Assembly (NCBI GenBank): GCA_002269645.1
Contig: NIVC01000761.1
Span: 95,152-159,151, forward strand
Reading direction: 5' to 3'
DNA length: 64,000 bases
From: Macrostomum lignano
Lineage: Eukaryota
Part shown: positions 28,236-51,999 of the stretch, in pieces
Layout of the letters: each line of letters opens with the position of its first letter
Position numbering within the stretch: position 1 is the first letter of the stretch
Position numbers and translations under genes: made by a program
Notes under the pieces: generated by a model
The model's database searches: none
What the model saw: the letters and a program-made list of their open reading frames with translations, nothing else
Told to the model about the DNA's origin: nothing

Positions 28236-28298
28236 ACTGTGACTGTGCACTTCTCCTTGGGACATTTTCACTATCTGAGTCCATAATCAGGCCATTTG
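28236..28298 (-). CDS. Candidate upstream Nova exon (63 bp, contains MDSDSENVPRRSAQSQ)
   Basis: ttcattAG acceptor and GTAAGT donor in an AT-rich background; phase-1 end joins in frame to the 26493 exon (T+AT = Tyr); ATG at 28284. Confidence 0.5.
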
Positions 28299-30047
28299 CT
28301 AATGAATATACTGCGCAAAAGCTAAGCTAATTTCTACTTTAAAAGTAACTAACAACTACAAAGCTATAGCTAGTGCTGTAAGTGTAAAGGTTTAGTCTAG
28401 CAATAGGCCCAAGAAATTCTTAATCAAAATAAAGAAGGTACTTCTTGATACTAATAACAATGCTAAAGCAGTAATTATGGCGTGCAGTAATGAGAGCAAT
28501 GAAGTGTCTATTACAAATGTTTTAGATGAAGTATGAAACGAAAACTCATAAGTACTGGCAATCTATTTCATTATAGTTAGGGAAAGAGCCGGATTTTAAG
28601 TTTAATCATCGAACGAATCATAAATTTTCATCAAAAGTAATTTGAGTTATTGAAAAGAAAAATCAGGGAAATAAAGCCATTGTTTTAAAAAAAAACTTAT
28701 CTTAAGAAAATGTTTTTTCCATGTTAATTTTGTACAACTTTCTAAAGAAACGACTGAGAAAACAATAAATGTGTTTTCTTTTGTTTAGTGCTTTACAAAA
28801 GCAAGCCGCTAGCGAAATTGATGCTCGCAGTTTTATTTGTATTACTTAAAAATACTTAAGCCGTCCTTGCGTAGAATGATTATTTTAAGTTTTGCTTAGT
28901 TTACTCGTAAGTCGTAACAGTAGCTGTTTTGCGGCAACACTTTTGAATTCCATTTTGGCATTACGATCATCTTGTCTACGAGGTTTGACCTGAAACCATT
29001 TATTCCTACCGTGGTCCCGGTTGAATCTAAATGAAGAATAATTTTAATGAGCTGATAATAATAAAATCTAATTTTGTTGGTGGGCGCCCCTTATTTTGGT
29101 GGCGCTTCTGTCTCTTAGGTTTTGTTCCAGTCAATTGAGACTTGAGAGTTTTGGAGGAGTGAATTTTGTGGTCGGCGATCGATTTACCCGCTCCCCGGGC
29201 CTGCCTTCGCCACACTGGACTTTGGGCCATTATACATGCACATATAGCATCAAGCTAAACTTCATCAATCATCAGATACATTATATGTATGTTACATGTT
29301 ACATGTTACAACAGGGTGTCACAACATCATTTATGCATGCCAAATCAGTTGATTCAAATCCAATGCAGCATTTTCTAACGATACATATTCATACCATGTA
29401 GTGTATTTCGCATATTGGTTCATATTGGTGAACACGGAATTTCTATATGCATTAATTCCCCCCCCCCACGTTTGCAATACATGTACACATGTTTTCTGAC
29501 ACACTCTTGACTCTTCACATCAATTCTCTCTGCATGGAAGCATACTTGTACGCGACTCCATTTCTCCTCTCCTAGCCCATATGCAGTAATGGGAGAATTC
29601 AGGCAGCAAACAATTAGAAATCCTAATATTAAAAGCATTATGCATGATGCTGCAGGTATCTGCTACTCCTCATGCTTAACCATCGATCATCAACCCCTGT
29701 CCATCCGGAGCCAATGGCTGATGGCTTTTCAACTCTGCGCGCATTGCGCTATTGTATATTCCCCTCTCTCCCTGCGGTAGCAATGTTCCTGACAGACACT
29801 CCTCTAACCTCCCCACCACAGCGCGTCTGCAGTCAACCATTTTTTTCTATATTTATGCAGCAACTTGCAGGAACTTCTCTATTTTTAAAGCTTCTTTCAG
29901 GCTTGCCTGAAGCGCGCTCTGTTTCAAAGCGCGTCTTCTGTGTTGTAGATTCCTGCTGTACTAGGCTGAAAATTCACCCAGATTAAGCTTTAGATTTAGA
30001 AGCAACCAGCCGTATAGCAAAAACCCTTGGTACCAGACCCGTACCCG

Positions 30048-31240
30048 TAGCATCTCAGACCCGTAGCATCTCAGACCCGTAGCATCTCAGACCCGTAGCA
30101 TCTCAGACCCGTAGCATCTCAGACCCGTAGCATCTCAGACCCGTAGCATCTCAGACCCGTAGCATCTCAGACCCGTAGCATCTCAGACCCGTAGCATCTC
30201 AGACCCGTAGCATCTCAGACCCGTAGCATCTCAGACCCGTAGCATCTCAGACCCGTAGCATCTCAGACCCGTAGCATCTCAGACCCGTAGCATCTCAGAC
30301 CCGTAGCATCTCAGACCCGTAGCATCTCAGACCCGTAGCATCTCAGACCCGTAGCATCTCAGACCCGTAGCATCTCAGACCCGTAGCATCTCAGACCCGT
30401 AGCATCTCAGACCCGTAGCATCTCAGACCCGTAGCATCTCAGACCCGTAGCATCTCAGACCCGTAGCATCTCAGACCCGTAGCATCTCAGACCCGTAGCA
30501 TCTCAGACCCGTAGCATCTCAGACCCGTAGCATCTCAGACCCGTAGCATCTCAGACCCGTAGCATCTCAGACCTGTAGCATCTCAGACCCGTAGCATCTC
30601 AGACCCGCCCGTAGCATCTCAGACCCGTAGCATCTCAGACCCGTAGCATCTCAGATCTGTAGCATCTCAGACCCGTAGCATCTCAGACCCGTAGCATCTC
30701 AGACCCGTAGCATCTCAGACCCGTAGCATCTCAGACCCACCCGTAGCATCTCAGACCCACCCGTAGCATCTCAGACCCGTAGCATCTCAGACCCGTAGCA
30801 TCTCAGACCCGTAGCATCTCAGACCCGTAGCATCTCAGACCCGTAGCATCTCAGACCCGTAGCATCTCAGACCCACCCGTAGCATCTCAGACCCGTAGCA
30901 TCTCAGACCCGTAGCATCTCAGACCCGTAGCATCTCAGACCCGTAGCATCTCAGACCCACCCGTAGCATCTCAGACCCGTAGCATCTCAGACCCGTAGCA
31001 TCTCAGACCCGTAGCATCTCAGACCCGTAGCATCTCAGACCCGTAGCATCTCAGACCCGTAGCATCTCAGACCCGTAGCATCTCAGACCCGTAGCATCTC
31101 AGACCCGTAGCATCTCAGACCCGTAGCATCTCAGACCCGTAGCATCTCAGACCCGTAGCATCTCAGACCCGTAGCATCTCAGACCCGTAGCATCTCAGAC
31201 CCGTAGCATCTCAGACCCGTAGCATCAGACACGTAGCATC
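30048..31240. repeat. 16-bp minisatellite CCCGTAGCATCTCAGA
   Basis: About 70 nearly perfect copies. Confidence 0.98.
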
Positions 31241-31327
31241 TTCTTACCAGCAAGCAAATCCAGCATCCGAATCTACACTAGCAAGCATTTCCTGGTCTTC
31301 AGAAGCAGAAGCAGAAGCGAAGCAGAA

Positions 31328-41758
<10,431 letters not shown>

Positions 41759-42326
41759 ACAGAAATTCACGGTTATGACCGAATGGATTTTTCAATCGGG
41801 TCTTTTTTACCGCCATAAGTACTCAAGTAACGACAGAGTTTCGGTTGATCATATGCTTTGATAACTATCGATTCTCGGATTTCAATTTAATCTTTCTGTT
41901 TCTGTGATTGGAAATTATCTGCGCGAATAGATTAGCATTGTTTCCGTTCGTTAGTACAACCGGTGCACCTTTGCTTTCGAGTACGAAGACTGCGACCTTG
42001 AACATGTTTTCACAAACGTTATGCAGCTGAAACTATTTTTTAGCACAAACTGGCTGGCATAAAACACCTGCTTCTCGTGAAAGAATTGTTGAAATATTTG
42101 AATGCCGTTTAGAAACAACTGTTAGCAAAAAATATTTCCAAGAGAGGCAACTCACGCAGTCATCCGTAGCAACTTGCTGCGAGCGTAGCTAACAACATCT
42201 GCTCCACTATGTCAGATAGGCAGATAAATTAAGCCACAGCTGCAGATGCTTTTCACGTTCGAAATTTTTCGCGACCAGCTCAGCATCTCTGACAAAAGCA
42301 GAAAAGCCTGATTTTCCCACACTGCA

Positions 42327-43169
42327 ATGCTCACCGGCTCCATCATTCCCCTGCTGCTGCCGCTGCTGCTACTCTGCCGACCTGCGACCTGCTGCACGCG
42401 GCCCGCCTCCTTCCACTCGATCCTCGCCTCCAACTGCGTGTCGCCAGCCCACTACCAGCGGCTCGACCTGGACATCGCCAGCTGCGCCTTTCGCTGTCGG
42501 GCAGCTCCGCGGTGCCGGGCCTTCGCCATGGAGGCCGGACACGCCTCGGGCGCTCAGGTCTGCCTGCTGTTCTCCTTTGATGCCTGCAGCTCGCAGCTGC
42601 TGCTCGATGCCAGCTCGATGGCGAGCAGCGGCTGCGCCAGCCGGCAGCTCCGAGTCTTCGTCAAGCAGTCGGAGGGTCTCGAGCCGGGCCGGCTCTGTCC
42701 CGCCGAATATCGCTGGGTGTCCGGCGTCAGCGGCAGCAGCTTCAAGGGCTCGCTGTACAAGACTGCTGGGAGCGGGCAGGAGGCCAGCTGGAGTGCTCAG
42801 GCCGACAGCTGCCGGAGCTTCTTGAGCAGCTCGGACGGGTCCGCCATGCCGCTGACGAAGCTGACCGATCTCAGCAGCGTCGATGAGCTGCAGGACGTGA
42901 GGGCGTCGGCTGGACTTTCCAGCCAGGAAATCTGGGTTGGCGCATCGATTCTGAGCAACGGCAGCTGGGCGTGGGCGGACTGCGGCTGGCCGCTGCCGCT
43001 GCTGAGCGCTGCATATGGCGGAGTCTGGGGGTCCAGCGCTCCTAACGATTCACCGAAACTCAACTTACGTGCCAGAATTAGCCATTCTGGTATAGACGAC
43101 AAGCCGGATTCAACTGACTATTTTGGCGCCTGCGAATGCCTGGATCCGTTCTGGGGATTTGAAGTTTGA
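42327..43169 (+). CDS. Secreted PAN/Apple + C-type-lectin-like protein, copy 1 (intact, single exon, 280 aa)
   Basis: Signal peptide; PAN pattern CAFRCRAAPRCRAF...CLLF; CTLD features SWSAQADSC, EIWVGA, GSWAWAD, VWGSSAPND, GACE. Confidence 0.8.
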   Translation: MLTGSIIPLLLPLLLLCRPATCCTRPASFHSILASNCVSPAHYQRLDLDIASCAFRCRAAPRCRAFAMEAGHASGAQVCLLFSFDACSSQLLLDASSMASSGCASRQLRVFVKQSEGLEPGRLCPAEYRWVSGVSGSSFKGSLYKTAGSGQEASWSAQADSCRSFLSSSDGSAMPLTKLTDLSSVDELQDVRASAGLSSQEIWVGASILSNGSWAWADCGWPLPLLSAAYGGVWGSSAPNDSPKLNLRARISHSGIDDKPDSTDYFGACECLDPFWGFEV

Positions 43170-43649
43170 TTACTAGCACCTTGAGTTGCTAGAGATATGC
43201 TCAAATCGCCTGAAACAGAAGGTACTTTACTCTGCAATTCACATTCTGTTGCAAAAGTGAAAATAAGATTAATAAAAACTTTTGCAAAATCAGTGAGTGC
43301 TCAGCTGTACTTAGACACTTCACCCATAACTTTTGAGCGCATTCCAAAGCGATGTGTTTGGACTTCTTTCAAGTGACTTTTGGGACGTTTAGGAGACGTC
43401 TAGGAGAGTTCGATCTTGCACTTGACAAGATTCGCCCGTGCTGTGTCCCACAAATTTCACCTTTCAAATATTGCTTGTCGATCTCGCCCACAGGAAGGTT
43501 GCCCACGGAGAGTATTTTGGATTATAAAAGCTCGAAAAAGGTTAGCTGGCAACAACAGGCAACACAGGTATCCGACTAAAAGGATTGCCGCAAAAAGCAA
43601 ACCAGCAGGCTCAGTTGCCATCGTTGCGACTTAAAACGTCAAGAGCATT

Positions 43650-44310
43650 CTAGAATGCTGGCCTCGACTAATGCAGTCCGCTGCAGTACCGCAGGGGGTG
43701 ACTTCCAGCACAAGGCCTGCATTCCGCTATTTGCATGCTGTTCTCCTCAAAGTGGTACCAGACCTGATCATCCAGCCGTTTTTGTAGAGTCTACGTCGAT
43801 TCTGTGCTTCCTTCGTGGCATCCCGTCGATAATTTCGGACAACTTCAAGACGTTCCACGCGGCTGTACGATTGCTTGACGCTCAAACGGTACCACTGCAG
43901 ACTACCGATGGTCAAAAGCTCTTAGCTGCCAAAAGAACCACGACTAAGCAGCAGACTACATGTAGACAAACGTAGAAGACACAACCGAGTCACCGCTGTC
44001 ACGACGGTAATGCACAGCTTCAACAACTTTTACTGCAACCTTGGTACTCCGGAATCCATGAACAACACCACATCGCCGACTTGGACCTCGCGATTCTGCG
44101 ATCCTACGAAAGTCTACTAGGCGTCATGAAAGCAGACAATATTGGCGATGGATTCCGGAGTAGCAAGGTTGCAGTGGAATTTGTTGTTGAAGCTGTTCCT
44201 CACGGTCGTGACGGCATGGCTCAGTCCCGTCTCTTCCGTTCGTCCCGTCTGCTGCCTCCTTAGTTCCGTCGGCCGGTGACATTGCTGGTTCGTGTGGAGA
44301 TGTCCGAGCG
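43650..44310 (+). mobile_element. Degenerate BEL/Pao integrase and C-terminal remnant
   Basis: Broken frames AVLLKVVPDLIIQPFL*SLRRFCA / LRGIPSIISDNFKTFHAA and VVEAVPHGRDG...RPVTLLVRVE resemble BEL/Pao integrase and its GRDG/RP tail. Confidence 0.6.
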
Positions 44311-44553
44311 TATTTAGTTTCTATAGTTATTTAATCCAGTTTTCATCATGGGACTTCAAAAAACAGTCTTAGTAAAGTGAGCAGGCACTGGCGTCGTATG
44401 ACGGTGCAAAAATTGGTCTCGTCATTCTCTGTGCCCGTCAGACTCATCTACGGGCGTAAGTATGACATCAAACAAACAATGCTAAGCTGAAAGTCAGTTT
44501 TTATTTCAAGCCAGACGCTAGACAGGACGATCGGTCTGAGACATATGTAAAAA

Positions 44554-44789
<236 letters not shown>

Positions 44790-44849
44790 CTGCGTACAAG
44801 CGGCGTGGCGATATTGAAAGTGTCTGAAGAACACAGTCTGCCATTTTCT

Positions 44850-45805
44850 AACTCAAGAACCATAGACACAATCTGTCATTGTCTGACTCCACAACCATGG
44901 ACACAATCTGTCATTGTCTGACTCCACAACCATAGACACAATCTGTCATTGTCTGACTCCACAACCATAGACACAATCTGCCATTGTCTGACTCCACAAC
45001 CATAGACACAGTCTGCCATTTTCTAACTCAACAACCATAGACACAATCTGCCATTGTCTGACTCCACAACCATGGACACAATCTGCCATTGTCTGACTCC
45101 ACAACCATAGACACAATCTGTCATTGTCTGACTCCACAACCATAGACACAATCTGCCATTGTCTGACTCAAGAACCATAGACACAATCTGTCATTGTCTG
45201 ACTCCACAACCATAGACACAATCTGCCATTGTCTGACTCAAGAACCATAGACACAATCTGCCGTTGTCTGACTCCACAACCATAGACACAATCTGCCATT
45301 GTCTGACTCAAGAACCATAGACACAATCTGCCATTGTCTGAGTCAAGAACCATAGACACAATCTGCCATTGTCTGACTCAAGAACCATAGACACAATCTG
45401 TCATTGTCTGACTCCACAACCATAGACACAATCTGCCATTGTCTGACTTCAGAACTATAGACCAAATCTGTCATTGTCTGACTCCACAACCATAGACACA
45501 ATCTGCCATTGTCTGACTCCACAACCATAGACACAATCTGTTATTGTTTGACTCCACAACCATAGACACAATCTGGCATTGTCTGACTCCACAACCATAG
45601 ACACAATCTGCCATTGTCTGACTCAAGAACCATAGACACAATCTGTCATTGTCTGACTCCACAACCATAGACTCAATCTGCCATTGTCTGACTTCAGAAC
45701 TATAGACCAAATCTGTCATTGTCTGACTCCACAACCATAGACACAATCTGCCATTGTCTGACTTCAGAACTATAGACCAAATCTGTCATTGTCTGACTCC
45801 ATTGT
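44850..45805. repeat. 35-bp minisatellite CAACCATAGACACAATCTGCCATTGTCTGACTCCA
   Basis: Tandem copies. Confidence 0.95.
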
Positions 45806-47970
45806 CTGGTTGTAAAACTGAACCACACCTGTCAAGGCTCAACAAAAATTATCGCCTCCTTTGTGTGGAGCTATAAAAATGCAGGCCTACTCAGATTCAA
45901 CGGCATTTGGTGCGGCTAAGGTGCAATGTGAATTCTAGTCAAAAAGCGCTGCTTAAAATCGTACAAGAACAAGTGCTACTTCTGACTGACAGCTGCATCA
46001 CAGCTCTGCACAAATCAAGTACTGCCGCAAGCTGAATCAGGTGATTGAAGCGGCCAAAAAGGTCCTGTTGTGTTCCGAGACGGACCAGCCGGCATGTTCC
46101 GCGCGCGGTACGAGCAGGGAGAGTCAGCACTAACGCGCAGGCAGTAGAACCGCAACCAGGATTGCATCGAAGGCACAGGCCCTGGCGACAATGCCCTAAG
46201 TGAACCCGAAAGAACAGAGGCAGGCCGGACGAGCGGTGCTGACGCAAAAACAAATTGTACAGGCCTGAGGTGGGGCTAAAACTGCAGGGTAAGAGAAACG
46301 GCGGGGTGGGGCAGAGAGAGAGAATTGGCTGCATTCACGCTTAATACAACTGGGTAGAAAAACTAGGGGGGCAGGCGACAAGGAGCCAGCCAATGGGAAG
46401 GCACGGCGAGCAAAGAATTACATGTACAATAATCGGGGGAAGGGGGAGAGAAAATCGCAGACAGCGGCTGCGTAAATATACTAAAACCAATCAACAATCA
46501 ATAAATCAAATAGGCCCAGTGCAAATGCAACAAAATCCAGTAAATTACATTATGCTATACGAGTATGATGGAGGAGGTGGGGAGGGTCACACAGAAACAG
46601 GCGAAGAAAAAGCAAGCAGCCAATCACAGCGGGGGAAGATAAAACACAACAATAGGGCGGCTAAAGTACACTGCGGGCCAATACATTGGATCACAACAGA
46701 TCAGGTGAGATAAGTTTTATAGTCTCAGAAAATTATAGACGCAAATTAGCAGTCTGCGCTCCTCATTGGGAAGACCACAAAGAAAGGAATCACAGTGTTT
46801 AAATAAGTATACCCAACAACAGTCAAAAGTTCCACCCGCCAAGCAAAGATGTTTTTATCCACCTTCCACCGTAAATTTTAAATGAGAAGTTTTCTCTCTA
46901 AATACGCGTGATTTTCCTTCAATAGCACTTGACATGCGACACTCACCTCCTACAATACTCGTACATGATTTCTGCTTTTTGAGGATCTTAAAATGGGGAA
47001 ATAAAACATCATTAAAATGCAAGCGATAGCCTATAAGCCTGACCCGAAAAGTTGGCGATTTTTTTCATATAAATTTCAATGCTGACTCGCGTGTATTTTT
47101 GGAGATGCCTGTCAGAGGAACAACACGTCAACTTTAGTATATAGCAATAAAGAACAGAGAGAAGAGAAGAGAAAGAGAGACGAAGAGATGGAGAGAAGGA
47201 AATTGCTAGCTATGCCTGATGGCATGCGAAGACTAAAGCTCACTCAGAGAAGTAAGACAGTAAGTAGAAGAACCTGAGTCGACCAGCTTCTAGCATGCTG
47301 AGCATAGCCAATGACAGATGCTTGAAGAACACACCCGGAAGGAATATTTGATAAAATCCACTCAAAATGCAACAAAATGAAAAGATAGACAGCAGCAACG
47401 TTTTCCTCTGCACTCAAAACTCAACGAAGTGCCTCCACTGTCGAAGAATATGAAATCCTGTAACTTCGTTCTCCTGCTGCTGCCGCTGCTGCTGCTCCGC
47501 CGACCTGCGACCTGCTGCACGCGGCCCGCCTCCTTCCACTCGATCCTCGCCTCCAACTGCGTGTCGCCAGCCCACTACCAGCGGCTCGACCTGGACATCG
47601 CCAACTGCGCCTTTCGCTGTCGGGCAGCTCCGCGGTGCCGGGCCTTCGCCATGGAGGCCGGACACGCCTCGGACGCTCAGGTCTGCCTGCTGTTCTCCTT
47701 CGATGCCTGCAGCTCGCAGCTGCTGCTCGATGCCAGCTCGATGGCGAGCAGCGGCTGCGCCAGTCGGCAGCTCCGAGTCTTCGTCAAGCAGTCGGAGGGT
47801 CTCGAGCCGGGCCGGCTCTGTCCCGCCGACTATCGCTGGGTGTCCGGCGTCAGCGGCAGCAGCTTCAAGGGTTCGCTGTACAAGGCTGCTGGGAGCGGGC
47901 AGGAGGCCAGCTGGAGTGCTCAGGCCGACAGCTGCCGGAGCTTCTTGAGCAGCTCAGACGGGTCCGCCAT

Positions 47971-50900
47971 CCCAGTGGCAAAGCCGAGCTCGGTCCGAGC
48001 TCGGGCCGACGTCGGCCACTCGGCATTCGATCGGCCATACTAAAGTCGGCCAGCCGACGTCGGCCCGAACTCGGTAGAACCTCGGGGTGCCGCGCCGTTA
48101 ACCGATTAAAAGTTTTAATCAATTATGCAGAATTTACCTACGCTAATGAATTCAATATGATTAAAAAAAACCCGCATAAATATAGATGAATAATTTACAC
48201 TGAAAAAGTGACTCTTTTGCAATAAACAAAAACAACGCAATCATACAGCACTTTTGATCCACCAAAGTGGTGTAATGTGCTTTTTACACATACTAATTGT
48301 GTTTTTACTGAATTAGTTTCCTCGTTGAGTAGGTGATTTGACTTTTATGGATTTATTCTCCTTCGAGACGACCATGAAGTGCATGCGTTATAGGTACGGA
48401 AAATTCGAAGTACTGGATTTTAACAATTATATATATGAGTAATTTACCAGATTAAAGAACATAGCTTCGTTAGTAAAAATATAAATAAATAATTAACTGC
48501 TTTAGAATTTACTTAAGGCGTAATTATTGCTCATTTTTTGCCATTCATTTGAATATATTGCTCCCGTGCAGGTCAAGTCAATTGTAAACAGTGTCTAGCT
48601 CTTTTTAACGTGGCAATTCATTTAGCTCGTAGCTTCTTAGTTATTATTTTTATTACACGTTCTTTGGAAGCATTTAGATGTTTCGGCAAAAATTCCAGAG
48701 ACATACTTAGTCTTACAGTTAAGCCGTAACTAATTGAACTATAGCTACACTGTAATGCAATGTAAACTTGCTTTTTTGGGTTTAATGAAGATTTGCTTAC
48801 AATTTATGAATAGGCGTATGAAATATGTTTTCATTAATGATAATTAGACATATTACGATGGCAATTCATCAGCTATTTTCAGAATGGCCATCAAATAGTT
48901 ATCTAGGAGTTAAAAGTGAATAAATCCGAGGAGAAGAATTTCTTGTCGCGTCCCAAATCCTGGACTTAGCTCAAGATTCTTAAATGGAAATTTTACTAAA
49001 CAATTTATCTACAAAAAGCATATTTTCATGATAAAATGTTGAAAAGTATAGGATTGCAATAGGAGTTACCATAACTTAACTGTAGGAATGATATCTAGCT
49101 TAGGTCATAAATCCTGTGATTTGAAAAGTCTAAAATGGCCTAAATAAAGCCAGATTTTTAGGCTCCTATGATATTTTTATCCCTACTATATTAGGTCTAG
49201 CTTCTTATTTTTTTATTTGTCTATGGCAATGCCATCATGAATTACATACTATCAATTAATTTAAGACATTGTTTATGTACTATGGGCCAGGATATAATGC
49301 CAATTGTGCATTTTATGGCAGGCAATTTAATGTAATTTTGCTGTATATGCCAATTTTTTACTCTTTTGAATAGATTCATAGTATTCATATTATACTATAT
49401 TGTTTTTCTAATGACTTTTTAGTACAACTATAGTATACTTATTTTACTATTATAGGTTTTTACTTTATTTTTGCACCATAGACTAGATATTGATGCTATT
49501 TTTATATACTAGGGCCCTATGCCATATTTGGCATCAGTTTTGCACTGCAGGCCAGATTTGGGTATCATTTTTGTATTTTCCATTTATGCATTTGATTCCA
49601 ATTTTTTTACTTTTTCATCATATGGCTTCAATTCTAACCCCCTTGATGTTCTAGATACAACACTTTGAGAAAATGGGGCGAGATTCTAAGGCTACCCACA
49701 AGCGATCCAGAAGCAGCAGCACGACACCCATGCCCATGACCACCACATTGAGATGGGCAACGCAGTCGTTGCGAGGGACTTTGCTGCTGATGGCAGCTGG
49801 AAGCCTGCTGTTCTGACCGACTGCTCCAGGGCTGTGTCTCTTGCCAGTTTGACGATGGTCGAGAGGTCCATCGGCACATCAATCAAGTGCCTGCGGCGCC
49901 TTCCAAAGTTGAGCAACCGCTATGTGCCGAGGTGTCTGACGATCAACCAGAGGCCCCTGCGGAGACGCCTGGCCAGGCGCCAGAGTTGAGCTCTGCGGCG
50001 CCACTTTGACGTTCGACCAGGGCAAGAGCTTAAGCTGACCGGCTGCGCTACCAGTGACTATGGACTGTTCCTCTATGGACTGTAAACTGATTTGCGTCTT
50101 TTATTCCCGTTTTTATCTAACGCTTAATCTTTGTGGGGAGGAGTCTGGTGACTTGGCTGAGCAAATTGTTGTTTGTTTTGTTAGCTTGTTTTTACTCCGT
50201 GTTTTGAGGTGGTTTTTTACCAGTTTGCTGCGTGCTCCATTCTGCGATATTTCGCTGTACATTCTTATGTGCGCTCTGCATTCTGGCCGCTCTTGCTCTC
50301 CACCCTTAAGCCTCTTACACCCAATGTATCGTGCTCAATATTTACAATATAAATTGCAGTCGCTTTCCTCGTATCAAGCGTCTCGTTCTACAATCTAAAG
50401 TGAAGTCTTTACAGTTTATAATGTTAATAAATGCTCAACCAAATCCGTATCACAACCCTTAACTCAACCTCTGTTTTCAGCTGTTTAGCTACTTTTTCTC
50501 TGTTTTCTTGCTTATTGGTTTGAAAGTTAATCTTGTATCATTATTAGCATTTGATAATACACTAGTGTGCTTGTGGTGGATTTACTGTTGCGGTGTTCTT
50601 TTAATTCAATTATTTTAAGTTCTAAATCGTTGTCTTATTTCACAATCATTTAATCCTGAACATGGTTGTTGGTTGTATATTTGTTGGGTCAGAGAACTGA
50701 GTCTGGTGGATATGTATCTAATTCCGAGGGGAAATCAATTAAACTAGTTATACTAGAGGCTCACCATAACTAGGCTCATATACGAGCGTACATTACCACT
50801 GCAATGCACTAACATGCTAGGAATGACATGGGATCTTTAACTCGATGGTTTCAATTCGTGTCATGTCGTTTTCCCATTCACCTTTTCTTTTTCATGTAAT

Positions 50901-51151
50901 ACCGAATTGTACATGTACAGTAAAATTCTATAGAAAGTGAAAGTGGCACCTACATGTAGTCAATCTGCAAGAAGCAATATAAGCTTTATAATAAGCTAAA
51001 TAGAAAGTATAGTGCAAAGCTACTCGGCATTACCGCGGTCAGCCGACCTCGGCCCGAGGTCGTCGGCCCGAGCTAGAACCGCCGTCAACCCGCCGAGCTC
51101 GGCCCGATCTCGGCGGACCGAGCTCGGGCCGAGCTCGGCTTTGCCACTGGG
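47971..51151. mobile_element. 3181-bp non-autonomous TIR DNA transposon (CMC/EnSpm-like)
   Basis: Perfect 23-bp TIR CCCAGTGGCAAAGCCGAGCTCGG (33/34 over a longer span); subterminal CCGAGCTCGG repeats; 2-bp AT duplication compared with the empty site in copy 1 (42846); no transposase ORF seen. Confidence 0.85.
49685..50454 (+). mobile_element. Gypsy-type LTR retrotransposon 3' remnant (integrase C-terminus, PPT, probable 3' LTR) nested in the TIR element
   Basis: Frameshifted IEMGNAVVARDFAADGSWKPAV...FDDGREVHRHINQV...L*RSTRAR; [12 protein letters not shown] at 50135-50143; LTR-like 50144-50454 with AATAAA at 50426, ending TATCACA. Confidence 0.6.
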
Positions 51152-51999
51152 ATGCCGCTGACGAAGCTGGCCGATCTCAGCAGCGTCGAGGAGCTGCAGG
51201 ACGTGAGGGCGTCAGCTGGACTTTCCAGCCAGCAAATCTGGGTTGGCGCATCGATTCTGAGCAACGGCAGTTGGGCGTGGGCGGACTGCGGCTGGCCGCT
51301 GCCGCTGCTGAACACGACCAGTGGCGGAGTCTGGGGGTCCAGCGCTCCTAACGATCCACCGAACTCCAACTTACGTGCCAGAATTGTCGATTCTGGTCTG
51401 GACGACAAGCCGAATTCGGTTAAGTACTACGGAGCCTGCGAGTGCCTCGACCCGTTCTGGAGCGACAATTGAATTCTATTTTTCAACAGCTACAGCTTTG
51501 CGCTACTCACTAATATCGTTACTTACTCGTACCTACAAAGCCACTTGTAGTAAAAACGCTTGTGCTTTTTAGGAAAAAACCATTTGTTTTTGGCCCAGTA
51601 ACTCTAAATCTCTAAATCGAGTTCCAATACATTCGATACATCCGAGCTCAGCAGAACTGTCTCGGCTGCGTCGCAAAACTCCAGAACGTTTTCCGATGAT
51701 TTTGAGATTGCATTTTAAACATGGTTTTTGATGTTTGTACTCAAAATAAAAAGTTTCATAGAGTTTAGCTCAGTTAGAATCAGTGGGGTTGTGCGCACCC
51801 TGGCGCACTTTAACCGACATTGTCACACAACCGGCGAGAGGTATTACTGCCCATTCCGCCGACTTTCCTGAGCAGGCACACACTCACACAGGAGTGTACA
51901 GCGGCCCTAACTTTATTTATCGTTAGGCATGTACACATCACTGCGCCTTGATGTTTGGCCTTTAGGGCGTTAATTACAGGTGCAGAACCAAGCAGAGAT

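Larger units (their letters stand above)
47450..51472 (+). pseudogene. PAN/Apple + C-type-lectin-like gene, copy 2, interrupted by a TIR transposon
   Basis: 47450-47970 matches the 5' part of copy 1 and 51152-51472 matches its 3' part; removing 47971-51151 and one AT restores an open ~279-aa frame. Confidence 0.85.

Noticed and set aside
29170-29235. Alternative Nova first exon MAQSPVWRRQARGA|
   Set aside because: Phase is compatible but there is no sequence similarity to Nova and the donor is weak
30048-31240. CRISPR-like regular repeats (also 34400-35325 and 44850-45805)
   Set aside because: Head-to-tail tandem units with no unique spacers, no cas genes, eukaryotic context
45900-46720. 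Degraded coding-like sequence
   Set aside because: Short frames with stops and no identifiable domain
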